Shown here: piece by piece, positions 11,438 to 20,444 of the stretch | Layout: the number at the start of each line of letters is the position of its first letter | How positions within the stretch are numbered: the first letter of the stretch is position 1 | Assembly (NCBI GenBank): GCA_963835415.1 | Contig: CAWIFZ010000005.1 | Coordinates: 2,937-66,936, forward strand | DNA length: 64,000 bases | Origin: an uncultured Actinomycetes bacterium | Lineage (GTDB): Bacteria > Actinomycetota > UBA4738 > HRBIN12 | Direction of reading: 5' to 3' | The notes under the pieces: generated by a model | What the model was told of the DNA's origin: nothing | The model's database searches: none | Seen by the model: only the letters and a program-made list of their open reading frames with translations | Program-made: the position numbers and the translations under genes

Positions 11438-13705
11438 GAGCTTCACCCAGGACACCTGGATGTTCGGGACCAGACCGTCGAGCAGGATGCGCGCCACGGC
11501 GTGCATCCGCAGGTTCTCCTCCGACGTCGCTCCGGGGCGCGCCTTGCCCGCCAGGTAGATCGGCGCGTTCTGATGGACGAACGGCAGCGGCACGAACTCC
11601 GTGAACCCGCCGGTGTCCTGTTGGATCCGGCCCAGTCGCCGGATGTGCGCCACCCAGTGGGGCGGGGCGTCCACGTGGCCGAACATGATGGTCGAACTGC
11701 TCCGGATGCCCAGGTCGTGTGCGGTGCGGACGATCTCCTCCCACGTGTCGGCGGGCAGCTTGCCCTTCGTGAGGAGCCAGCGAACGTCATCGTCCAGGAT
11801 CTCCGCGGCGGTCCCGGGGATCGTTCCGAGGCCGTGCGCCAGGCACTCCTGGAGGAACTCCCGGAACGAGATATCGAGCTTCGTCGCGCCGTTCAGGATC
11901 TCCATCGGGCTGAACGCGTGGATATGCATGCCGGGCGTTCGCTCGCGGATGACATCCAGGAGATCGAAGTAGAAGGAGCCGGGCAGGTCGGGATGGATGC
12001 CCCCCTGCATGCACACCTCTGAGGCTCCGGCCGTCCACGCCTCCTCCGCGCGGTCGGCCACCTGGTCGAGGGTGAGCGTGTACGACTCGGCGTCCACCTC
12101 CCGCTGGGCGAACGCACAGAAGCGGCACCCCACGTAGCAGACGTTCGTGAAGTTGATGTTCCGATTGATCACGTAGGTGACGTCGTCGCCGACGGCCTCC
12201 GCGCGAAGGTCGTCGGCCACCCGGCAGAGCGCATCGAGCGCCGGGCCTTCGGCGCGGAACAAGGCGAGCGCATCCTGGTCGGTGAGGGCACGGTGGGAGG
12301 CCGCCTTCGTCAGCGCGACCCTGATCTCCATCTCGAGGCGCTCGGGGTGCACATCTCGCTTCGACCAGTCGCGGGTGACCTCGAGCGCATCGAAGTCGCC
12401 GTAGACCGCCATCGCGTCGTCGCGCAGGCCCGCGTCGGGGGCCTTGGCGAACTGCAGGTCGATCGTCCGCGGCTTCCACCGGACGTCCGGGTCCTGCCAG
12501 GCGACGGGTTCGGGCACCTGTCCCTCGACGGCCAGCCCGTCGTGGCCGAGCAACGCGCCGACCGGAGCGCGCATCTTCGATGCGAGGTACGGATCGGGGC
12601 GGGCCGCGAACCGGCCGTAGATCGTGAGTCGCTCGCGCAGCACGGAGCCGCGCTCGGCCGTGGTGGCGGTCAGTGCGGCGAGCGTCGGCCACGGCTTCTC
12701 GGGGTTCACGTGGTCGGGGGTCAGCGGCGACACGCCTCCCCAGTCGTTGATGCCGGCGTCGAGGAGGCGCAGTTGCTGCGCCGGATCGGAGAGGTTCGGC
12801 GGCGCCTGCACGCTCATGTGCGGGCCGAGCACGACCCTCGCGGTCGCGACGGCGGCCAGGAACTCCTCGTCCTGCGGCTCGGGGGCGTGACGCATGGCCG
12901 TGCCCGGCTTCGCTCGGAAGTTCTGCACGATCACCTCTTGCACGTGGCGGTAGCGCCGGTGGAGATCGCGGATCGCGAACAACGACTCGGCGCGTTCGCG
13001 GGCCGTCTCACCGATGCCGACGAGGATGCCCGTCGTGAACGGGATGGCGAGGCGTCCGGCGTCCTCGATCGTCCGGAGCCGCACGGCCGGAACCTTGTCG
13101 GGCGAACCGAAATGGGGACCTCCGCGTTCCGTGAGCCGGTCGGAGGACGTCTCGAGCATCATGCCCATCGAGGCGCTCACGTGCTTCAACCGCGCGAGTT
13201 CCTCGTAGCTCATCACGCCGGGGTTGAGGTGGGGAAGCAGGCCCGTCTCCTCGATCACGCGGATCGCGACGGCCCGCAGGTAGCCGAGCGTCGAGCTGTA
13301 GCCGCGCTCGTCCAGCCAGCGCCGCGCGACGTCGTACCGCTCCTCCGGCCGGTCACCGAGCGTGAAGAGCGCTTCCTTGCAGCCCATCTTCCGCCCCGCC
13401 TCCGCGATCGCCACGACCTCGTCGGGCGTGAGGAACGGGTGGTCCAGCTTGGCCGGCGGCTTCGCGAACGTGCAGTAGTGACAGTGGTCGCGACAGAGCA
13501 TGGTGAGCGGGATGAAGACCTTGCGGGAGTACGTGACGATGCGTCCGTGACCGAGATCGCGAAGACCCGCCGCGACGGCCATGAGACGTTCCAGGTCGGC
13601 TCCGCGTGCCGAAAGGAGCGCCTCGGCCTCGTCGAGCGAAACGGCCTTCCCCGACCCGGCGCGAGCGACGGCGCGACGCAACTGCTGCGGGGTCGCCTGG
13701 GCCAT
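11429..13705 (-). CDS. fbiC: FO synthase, fused CofG/CofH (FbiC); C-terminal end missing at the junction
   Basis: 758-aa ORF with two radical-SAM motifs, CRDHCHYC and CYVGCRFC. It ends at ...NIQVSWVKLG, whereas full-length FbiC proteins continue well past this motif. Confidence 0.9.
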   Translation of the reverse strand: MAQATPQQLRRAVARAGSGKAVSLDEAEALLSARGADLERLMAVAAGLRDLGHGRIVTYSRKVFIPLTMLCRDHCHYCTFAKPPAKLDHPFLTPDEVVAIAEAGRKMGCKEALFTLGDRPEERYDVARRWLDERGYSSTLGYLRAVAIRVIEETGLLPHLNPGVMSYEELARLKHVSASMGMMLETSSDRLTERGGPHFGSPDKVPAVRLRTIEDAGRLAIPFTTGILVGIGETARERAESLFAIRDLHRRYRHVQEVIVQNFRAKPGTAMRHAPEPQDEEFLAAVATARVVLGPHMSVQAPPNLSDPAQQLRLLDAGINDWGGVSPLTPDHVNPEKPWPTLAALTATTAERGSVLRERLTIYGRFAARPDPYLASKMRAPVGALLGHDGLAVEGQVPEPVAWQDPDVRWKPRTIDLQFAKAPDAGLRDDAMAVYGDFDALEVTRDWSKRDVHPERLEMEIRVALTKAASHRALTDQDALALFRAEGPALDALCRVADDLRAEAVGDDVTYVINRNINFTNVCYVGCRFCAFAQREVDAESYTLTLDQVADRAEEAWTAGASEVCMQGGIHPDLPGSFYFDLLDVIRERTPGMHIHAFSPMEILNGATKLDISFREFLQECLAHGLGTIPGTAAEILDDDVRWLLTKGKLPADTWEEIVRTAHDLGIRSSSTIMFGHVDAPPHWVAHIRRLGRIQQDTGGFTEFVPLPFVHQNAPIYLAGKARPGATSEENLRMHAVARILLDGLVPNIQVSWVKLGC

Positions 13706-13733
13706 CTCGGCGAGCCTACTACGCTATGCCGCG

Positions 13734-14687
13734 ATGCAGATCGTGGCGCTCGCGGGCGGGGTCGGTGCGGGAAAGTTCCTCCGCGGGGTCGCCCGCGCGT
13801 TCCCCGGTGAACCCTCGACGGTGGTCGTGAACACCGGGGACGACATCACGATCCACGGCCTGCACGTCTCCCCCGATCTCGACTCCGTCTGCTACTGGCT
13901 GGCGGATCTGATGGACCGCGAGCGCGGTTGGGGCCGGGCCGGTGAGACGTTCCACGCGATGGAGGCCATGCGGGCGTCGGGTCGCATCGACGCCTGGTTC
14001 AACCTGGGCGACCGGGACCTCGTGACGCACGTCGTGCGGACGCAGCTCCTCCACGAAGGACGCAGCCTTTCGCAAGCCACCGCCGAGCTGTGCGCGACGC
14101 TGTTCGGCCTGACCCCGGCGGTGATCCCGATGACCGACGACGCCGTGACCACTCGGATCGACGTGTTCGATCCCGCCGGCGAGCCGCTCGACCTGCACTT
14201 CCAGGAGTACTGGGTGCAGCGGCACGCGGTGGATCCGGTGAAAGGGATCCGGTTCGAGGGCGTCGAGCGCGCGTCGCCGGCTCCCGGCGTCCTGGACGCG
14301 ATCGCGCGTGCCGACGTGCTGTTGCTCTGCCCGTCGAACCCGGTGGTGTCGATCGGTCCCATCCTCGCGGTGCCCGGCGTCCGTGAGGCGGTCGCGGCGC
14401 GCCGCGGTCCGGTGGTCGGCGTCTCGCCGATCGTCGGCGGCGCCCCGCTCGCCGGCATGGCCGACAGGCTGATGCCCGTCGCCGGGCTCGAGGTCTCGGC
14501 GCTGGGGGCGGCCCGCGCCTATCGCGATCTGCTCTCGGGGTGGGTGATCGACGAGCGCGACGCCGAGACGGCGCGGGCCATCGCCGACGAGCTCGGGATC
14601 GCCGTCGCCGTCACCGACACGGTGATGCGCGACGACGACGTCGCAGCCGCGGTGGCGGCAACGGCCGTCGACCTGGCAACGCGATGA
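13734..14687 (+). CDS. cofD: 2-phospho-L-lactate transferase (CofD/FbiA)
   Basis: MQIVALAGGVGAGKFLRG N-terminus, VVVNTGDD and SNPVVSIGPIL motifs. The stop overlaps the cofE start. Confidence 0.9.
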   Translation: MQIVALAGGVGAGKFLRGVARAFPGEPSTVVVNTGDDITIHGLHVSPDLDSVCYWLADLMDRERGWGRAGETFHAMEAMRASGRIDAWFNLGDRDLVTHVVRTQLLHEGRSLSQATAELCATLFGLTPAVIPMTDDAVTTRIDVFDPAGEPLDLHFQEYWVQRHAVDPVKGIRFEGVERASPAPGVLDAIARADVLLLCPSNPVVSIGPILAVPGVREAVAARRGPVVGVSPIVGGAPLAGMADRLMPVAGLEVSALGAARAYRDLLSGWVIDERDAETARAIADELGIAVAVTDTVMRDDDVAAAVAATAVDLATR

Positions 14688-15394
14688 TCGAGATCTGGCC
14701 GGTCGAGGGCCTCCCGGAGATCGTGCACGACGACGATCTCGCCGCGATGCTCGCCGAGCCGTTGCGTTCGATGGGCGCGCGGGACGGGGACGTCGTCGCG
14801 GTCACCCAGAAGATCGTGTCCAAGGCGGAGGGTCGCGTGGTCCCCGACGGAGGCGACGGACGATCCGTGTGGGTGACGCGAGAGACCCGGCGGGTCGTCG
14901 CGCGTCGCGGGGATCTGATCATCGCCGAGACCCATCACGGGTTCGTCTGCGCGAACGCGGGGGTGGATGCGTCCAACGTCGAGGAAGGCTTCGTCTCGTT
15001 GTTGCCGGTCGATCCCGACGCCTCGGCGGAGGCTCTCAGGGCATCGCTCGCGCAACGTCTCGGGCTCTCCCGTCTGGGGGTGGTCATCACCGACACGTTC
15101 GGGCGACCCTGGCGCAACGGGCTCGTGAACGTGGCGATCGGGTGCGCCGGCCTGCCGGCGATCATCGACCTCCGCGGCAACGCGGACCATCACGGCCGTG
15201 CCCTGGAGGTCACCGTCGTCGCGCTCGCCGACGAGGTGGCCGCGGCGAGCGGACTCGTGATGGGCAAGAGCGCGCGCGTGCCGGTGGCGTTGATCCGCGG
15301 CGTGGATCTGACCGCCGGCGCGCCCGGCCGCGCGGTGGATCTGATCCGAGCGCCGGACGAAGATCTCTTCCGCGAAGGGGTCATCGAGCCCTGA
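14684..15394 (+). CDS. cofE: F420-0:gamma-glutamyl ligase, single-domain CofE type
   Basis: 236-aa product with VAVTQKIVSKAEGR, ANAGVDASN and VITDTFGRPWRNG motifs. No C-terminal nitroreductase-like extension follows. Confidence 0.85.
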   Translation: MIEIWPVEGLPEIVHDDDLAAMLAEPLRSMGARDGDVVAVTQKIVSKAEGRVVPDGGDGRSVWVTRETRRVVARRGDLIIAETHHGFVCANAGVDASNVEEGFVSLLPVDPDASAEALRASLAQRLGLSRLGVVITDTFGRPWRNGLVNVAIGCAGLPAIIDLRGNADHHGRALEVTVVALADEVAAASGLVMGKSARVPVALIRGVDLTAGAPGRAVDLIRAPDEDLFREGVIEP

Positions 15395-15398
15395 CACG

Positions 15399-15429
15399 CG
15401 AAGAGGGCGGGGGATCCCCGCCCTCTTCG
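15399..15429. terminator. Bidirectional stem-loop between convergent cofE and permease genes
   Basis: Perfect inverted repeat GAAGAGGGCGGGG / CCCCGCCCTCTTC (15400..15412 and 15416..15428) with a 3-nt loop, lying in the 55-nt convergent intergenic gap. Confidence 0.6.
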
Positions 15430-15449
15430 GCCAGACCAGCCCTCGCTCG

Positions 15450-16865
15450 CTAGGCGAGCAATCCGTGGAAGAAGTACCAGGAGAACACGGCCGCCACGAC
15501 GTACATCAGCGGATGCACCTCCCGGAACTTGCCCTGGAGCACCTTGATCACCACGTAGGCGAGGAACCCGGCGCCCACGCCGTTCGTGATCGAGTAGGTG
15601 AACGGCATCATCACGATGGTCAACAGCGCCGGGATGCCGATGGCCGGATCGCGCCACGAGATCTCACCTACCGTCTGCATCATGAGGTAGCCGACGATCA
15701 CCAGGACCGGGGCGGTCGCCTCGGCCGGGATCACCCCCGCGATCGGCGAGAAGAAGATCGCGAGCAGGAAGAGCCCTCCGACGACCACCGACGTGAGGCC
15801 GGTCCTTCCGCCGTCACTGATGCCCGCGGCGCTCTCGATGAACGTGGTGTTCGACGATGCCGATGCCGCGCCGCCTGCCGCGGCCGCCACGGAGTCGACC
15901 AGCAGTACCCGGTTCATCCCCGGGAGCTTGCCGTCCTCATCGAGCAGCTTGGCCTCGTCGGCCAGCCCGACCACCGTGCCCATCGTGTCGAAGAAGTCCG
16001 ACAGCATCACGGCGAGGATCGCCGCCGAGGCGGTGGCCAGCCCCAGCACGTCGAACACTCCGAAATTGAAGTTGCCCAACAACGAGAAGTCGGGAGTGCT
16101 GACGATCTTGTCGGGGATCACCGCGATCCCTTGCTCGAACACGGCGGAGTCGCCGAACCCCTGGTTCACGATGATCGCGAACACCGTCGTGGCCAGGATG
16201 CCGATCAGCAGCCCGCCCTTCACCTTCCGCACCACGAGCGTGGACGTGATGGCGAGGCCGACCACGAACACCAGGACGTGGAGGTTCGAGAGGTTCGGGT
16301 TCAGCGTGATCAGGGTGGCGTCGCTGTTCACGACGATCCCGCCGTTGACCAACCCGATGATCGCCAGGAACAACCCGATCCCGATCCCGATCGCTCGTTT
16401 GAGGTCCATGGGGATGGCGTTCAGGACCGCCTCCCGGAACCCGGTGAGCACCAGGAGCGTGATGATCGCGCCCTCGATCACGATGACGCCCATCGCCTGC
16501 GGCCACGTGAGCCCCAACGTGGCGACGAGCGAGAACGTGACGAACGCGTTCAGCCCGAGCCCCGCCGCGATCGCGAACGGGTAGTTGGCGTAGATGCCCA
16601 TGGCCAGGGTCATGACACCCGCGACCAGGGCCGTCACGGTCAACACCTGCGGGAACGTGAGCGTCGTCCCCGCGCTGTCGGTGACGGAGCCCAGGATCGC
16701 CGGGTTCACGAACAGGATGTAGGCCATCGTCAGCCACGTCGCGAGGCCGGCGACGATCTCGGTCCGCACGGACGAGCCGCGCTCCGTGATCTTGAAGAAC
16801 CGATCGAGCCCGCTCACGCGCGGCTCCCCTACCTTGATGACCCGATCTTGGTCGGTCGTGGCCAT
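15450..16865 (-). CDS. NCS2-family purine permease (AzgA-like adenine/guanine/hypoxanthine permease)
   Basis: From ATG 16865: FFKITERGSSVRTEIVAGLATWLTMAYILFVNP and a multi-TM body. A GGGGGAGGG RBS lies upstream. Confidence 0.85.
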   Translation of the reverse strand: MATTDQDRVIKVGEPRVSGLDRFFKITERGSSVRTEIVAGLATWLTMAYILFVNPAILGSVTDSAGTTLTFPQVLTVTALVAGVMTLAMGIYANYPFAIAAGLGLNAFVTFSLVATLGLTWPQAMGVIVIEGAIITLLVLTGFREAVLNAIPMDLKRAIGIGIGLFLAIIGLVNGGIVVNSDATLITLNPNLSNLHVLVFVVGLAITSTLVVRKVKGGLLIGILATTVFAIIVNQGFGDSAVFEQGIAVIPDKIVSTPDFSLLGNFNFGVFDVLGLATASAAILAVMLSDFFDTMGTVVGLADEAKLLDEDGKLPGMNRVLLVDSVAAAAGGAASASSNTTFIESAAGISDGGRTGLTSVVVGGLFLLAIFFSPIAGVIPAEATAPVLVIVGYLMMQTVGEISWRDPAIGIPALLTIVMMPFTYSITNGVGAGFLAYVVIKVLQGKFREVHPLMYVVAAVFSWYFFHGLLA

Positions 16866-17047
16866 GGCCCTCCCCCGTAAGCCATGCCGGCGGACGAACA
16901 CCGGCGCCCTCGGGGAAGGCGGGATGAGCATAGGCACCGGCCTCACCCGGCGCAAACGAGGTCCTGTCGGTAAGCTTGCGGACCCGACGGACGAGCCGGA
17001 CGAGCCGAACGAACGAGCCAGAGGAACGAAGGAGAGGTACGACACAC

Positions 17048-17872
17048 GTGGCCGGAACCGACCAGCGAAGCGGCTCGAACGAGGATGGCCGCCGCCTGAC
17101 CAAGGCCGAGCGCCGCGAGGAGGCCAGGCTCAAGCGCGAGGAGATCCAGCGCAAGATGGCCACCCGCAAGCGGAACCAGCGGATGGGTCTGGTGCTCGTG
17201 GTGGTCGCCGTCGCCATCGCGGTCGTCGCGGTCTTCATGACGTCGGGCGGCGAAGACGCTTCGGCCTCGGGCATCCCGTCGGCGGCGACCCTCCTGTCGC
17301 AAGCGGACGCGGCCGCGGGATCGGCCGGCTGCGACACCGTGCAGGAGACGCCGAACTACGCGAACGCGCCGGGCGACGACCCGGCGATCGATCACACGCA
17401 CATCGGGACACCACCGGTCACGTCGCCCCCCGCCCTGTCCACGTACGCGACGATCCCGCCCGCCTCGGGACCGCACGATCCTTCGCCGCTCCCTGCGGGG
17501 GTCTACGACTCTCCGCCGGACGTCTACCGCACGATCCACTCGTTGGAGCACGGAGCGGTGATCATCTGGTATTCGCCGGACGCGACCGGCAAGCAGCTCG
17601 ACGACCTCATCGCGTTCTACACCCAGCCGGCGGCGGACCCGGACATCGGTCAGGCGAAGATCATCATCGCCCCGTACGACTACCCGGACCAGGGCGCCGC
17701 CGGGCAGCTCCCCGCCGGCGTGCAGATGGCGGTCGTTGCGTGGCACCGACTCCAAACCTGCACCGCCGTGAGCCTGCCGGTCGCGTTCGGGTTCTCATCG
17801 GTGTACGAGGTCCCTGGGTACGGCGGCCAGACGTACAAGGGCGTCGCGCGCGAGCCGAACGGTGTCATGTAG
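17048..17872 (+). CDS. DUF3105-domain membrane protein, paralog 1
   Basis: GTG start after GAAGGAGAGG. The product has a basic N-terminus, one TM segment, then SGPHDPSPLP...HSLEHGAVIIWY. Confidence 0.7.
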   Translation: MAGTDQRSGSNEDGRRLTKAERREEARLKREEIQRKMATRKRNQRMGLVLVVVAVAIAVVAVFMTSGGEDASASGIPSAATLLSQADAAAGSAGCDTVQETPNYANAPGDDPAIDHTHIGTPPVTSPPALSTYATIPPASGPHDPSPLPAGVYDSPPDVYRTIHSLEHGAVIIWYSPDATGKQLDDLIAFYTQPAADPDIGQAKIIIAPYDYPDQGAAGQLPAGVQMAVVAWHRLQTCTAVSLPVAFGFSSVYEVPGYGGQTYKGVAREPNGVM

Positions 17873-17875
17873 CCG

Positions 17876-18637
17876 ATGGCAGCCAAGAAGAAGCGGAAGC
17901 CGCGCCGACCGCCCCCGAGCGGGACGTCGACCGCGACGACGGCACCGCCGAGCGGCGGAACCGTCTCCCAGCGACAGGAACGCAAGGAGCTCGCCCGCCA
18001 GGCGAAGGAGTCCGCACGCAAGCGTGCCCAACGCTCAGCGCGGATCCGCCGCGTCACCACGTTCGTCGCGGTCGGCGCCGTGGGCGTCGGCATCGTGTGG
18101 TTCTTCCAGCGCGCGGCCAGCCCGCGGCCCGTCTCGGAGGCTGCGATCGCGGCGGCCGAGACGGCGGGGTGCAGCGACGTGCAGACGCCGGCCGCGAGCG
18201 CACCGGGAGGTCTGCATCTGCAGCCCGGCCAGAGCACCACGTATCCGGACCATCCGGCGACCTCGGGATATCACGACCCGTCCCCGCTCCCGATCCCGCC
18301 GCGGGTCTACACGGAGCCGATCAACGAGACGAACGCCGTCCACAACCTGGAGCACGGCGCCGTGATCATGTACTACCGGCAGGCGGGGGACGACGCGCTG
18401 CCGCAGGACGTGGTCGATCGGCTGGCCACGATCGCGAACGGCGGACACAACACGATCCTGGCGCCGTACTCGCCGTTGCCGGACGGCACCGCGCTCGCCC
18501 TCGCCGCGTGGAACAAGCTTCAGACGTGTCCGTCGACGACCACGGCCGCGCAGGCCGCGACGATCGCGAACGGATTCATCGACGCGTTCCTGTGCACGAG
18601 CAACGCGCCTGAGGGCAACCTGGGCGAAGGCTGCTAG
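17876..18637 (+). CDS. DUF3105-domain membrane protein, paralog 2
   Basis: Same layout as paralog 1: KKKRK-rich N-terminus, TM segment, SGYHDPSPLP...HNLEHGAVIMYY. It starts 4 nt after paralog 1 ends. Confidence 0.7.
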   Translation: MAAKKKRKPRRPPPSGTSTATTAPPSGGTVSQRQERKELARQAKESARKRAQRSARIRRVTTFVAVGAVGVGIVWFFQRAASPRPVSEAAIAAAETAGCSDVQTPAASAPGGLHLQPGQSTTYPDHPATSGYHDPSPLPIPPRVYTEPINETNAVHNLEHGAVIMYYRQAGDDALPQDVVDRLATIANGGHNTILAPYSPLPDGTALALAAWNKLQTCPSTTTAAQAATIANGFIDAFLCTSNAPEGNLGEGC

Positions 18638-18659
18638 GCCCGCCCGTCCGACATCCGTA

Positions 18660-20384
18660 TCAGGACGTCTTGCAGGTCCCGCCGCTCCGGCACGTGATCG
18701 TCCCGTGCTCGAACGTCGCCGAGGCCGATCCATCGTCCTGCGTCTGCACCCGGGACGTCGGGAACCCGAGCGCGCCGCCTGCGCCACCGTGGCCGTTGTA
18801 GGAGGCGAGCACGTTCCCCCACAGGGCGAAGGCACCGATCCCACCCTTCCAGTAGATGCGTCCGTGCTCGAAGTCGGCGCGGGAGCAGCCGTCGGGGCAC
18901 GTCGCGCCTGCGTGCTTCCCGAGGCTGACCGGATCCGCCACGGGGAGGCCGAGCACCCCGGGCGCCCCGCCGGCGACCAGGTACTCCTGGTAGAGCGGTC
19001 CCTTCAGCCAGACGGCGAGGTCGACGCCGGCGTTGCGATAGATCGCTCCGGACTGGAACGTCTGACGAGCCCCGCCGGGAAGCGACTTCGCGATCGACGT
19101 CGGGAGACCGGGCTCGCACATCAGGTCGTCGTACTTCGAACGGATCGCGCCGACGACGTTCTTGTCGGCGTTGATCCAGACACGGTCGTCGGGCAGGGCC
19201 AGGGCGGAACGGATCTCGGTGCCGCTGACGCTCGCCGTCCCCTTGACTCCGCGCACGACGGCGTCCTCGATGCGGCCGGACACCCCACGATCGATCTTGC
19301 CGAATCCGGACACCGCGCCGATGTCGCCCGTGTACGGGGCGAGCGCGGTGGTCAGCGCTCCGGCCGTGAACTCCCGGCTCCAATCGGTCCACGGGTTCGC
19401 GGCCGTGTAGTCGCCCGGGTCGCAGACGCCCGCCAGGTACGGGTAGGTGGCGAGCGGCGTTCCCCACTGCACGTTGAGGTCTTCGGTATGCCCGCCGTCG
19501 GACGCGGTGAACACGGTCAACGCGACGGCGCCCTTGTACGTGACGATCGACCCCGTGGTCGAGCGCACCGCCTTGATCCACCGGTGGCCGTCGAGGCCGC
19601 CCTCCTTGTCCCAACCGACGTAGACCTGGTCGTTCGAGCCGTCGGTCAGATGGCAGTTGCACGTCGGCTGCAGGCCGTACTTCCGGATCTTGTAGAGCGC
19701 GAAGCTCCGAGCCGCGACCGCTTGCGCCCGCAGCGCCTCGGAGGGCCAGCTGCTCGGCACCTCGCCGATCCCCAGCAGGTACTCCTCGAACGGGAGCCGC
19801 GCGATCAATCGGAGCGAACAGTCCTGCGCGCACGCCGTCAGGTTGAACTCGAGCGTGCCGCGGTTGTACGTCGCACCGCCCTCGGGCACCGTGACGCGCG
19901 CTCCGTGATCGGCATACGTGGCGAACAGGTCGGACGCCGGGCCGCCCCAGGTCTTCCCGCCCACCACGGCGCCGTCGGCGTCGTGCACCTCGTACGCGCC
20001 GTCCACGGACCGGACGACCCACGTCTCACCGTCGGGGATCTTGCCCACCGGCGTGCCGCCGACCGCTCGCTTCACGGAAAGGCGCACGGGTCCGGCCTCC
20101 GCCGTCAGATGCAGCGCGTCCTCGGCCGTTGCCAGCGCGACGCGGATGTCACCGGGCGGGTCGGCGATCTTCGAGACCTTGGTGCCGCTGTAGAAGTGGG
20201 TGAGGATCTGCGTCGACGTCCAGCCGTCGCTCGCCAACCCGTACGCGCCCCACTGGGAGAGGCCGAGACCGTGCCCCCAGCCGCTGCCGTAGAGCGTGAA
20301 GGGATCGCCCGCGCGGGCGGAGGCCGCGGGCAGGATGGTCGCCGATACGGCGACGACGAGCGCGAAGAGACGTATGCGTCGCAT
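18660..20384 (-). CDS. SpoIID/LytB-domain protein with C-terminal LGFP repeats (secreted)
   Basis: Signal peptide MRRIRLFALVVAVSATILPAASARA. Motifs GWGHGLGLSQWGAYG, EALRAQAVAARSFAL and FTASDGGHTED. C-terminal GVLGLPV / GALGFPT repeats. Confidence 0.75.
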   Translation of the reverse strand: MRRIRLFALVVAVSATILPAASARAGDPFTLYGSGWGHGLGLSQWGAYGLASDGWTSTQILTHFYSGTKVSKIADPPGDIRVALATAEDALHLTAEAGPVRLSVKRAVGGTPVGKIPDGETWVVRSVDGAYEVHDADGAVVGGKTWGGPASDLFATYADHGARVTVPEGGATYNRGTLEFNLTACAQDCSLRLIARLPFEEYLLGIGEVPSSWPSEALRAQAVAARSFALYKIRKYGLQPTCNCHLTDGSNDQVYVGWDKEGGLDGHRWIKAVRSTTGSIVTYKGAVALTVFTASDGGHTEDLNVQWGTPLATYPYLAGVCDPGDYTAANPWTDWSREFTAGALTTALAPYTGDIGAVSGFGKIDRGVSGRIEDAVVRGVKGTASVSGTEIRSALALPDDRVWINADKNVVGAIRSKYDDLMCEPGLPTSIAKSLPGGARQTFQSGAIYRNAGVDLAVWLKGPLYQEYLVAGGAPGVLGLPVADPVSLGKHAGATCPDGCSRADFEHGRIYWKGGIGAFALWGNVLASYNGHGGAGGALGFPTSRVQTQDDGSASATFEHGTITCRSGGTCKTS

Positions 20385-20444
20385 GGGAAGGGGTGTTCGG
20401 TCGGAAGCGGCACCGTACCATGCCGATCCCGCTCGAACCGGCAT

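Noticed and set aside
11425-11440. The composition switch read as the edge of a horizontally acquired island.
   Set aside because: Both abutting genes are truncated at their 3' ends. There is no integrase, tRNA, direct repeat or att-like sequence. The whole gene repertoire changes phylum rather than showing an insertion within one genome.
12293-13810. A 505-aa plus-strand ORF antisense to fbiC. Similar long antisense ORFs occur at 15465..16880, 15937..17337, 33332..35260, 36649..38058, 44170..45459 and 59123..61186.
   Set aside because: Their translations are Arg/Gly/Asp/His-rich and low in complexity, with no motifs. They lie opposite genes with clear family signatures. Stop-free shadow frames are expected at this GC content.
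16866-17047. A purine riboswitch upstream of the NCS2 purine permease.
   Set aside because: The minus-strand leader shows none of the conserved purine-riboswitch core sequences or the three-way junction pattern. It shows only a short GGACGAGCC direct repeat on the opposite strand.
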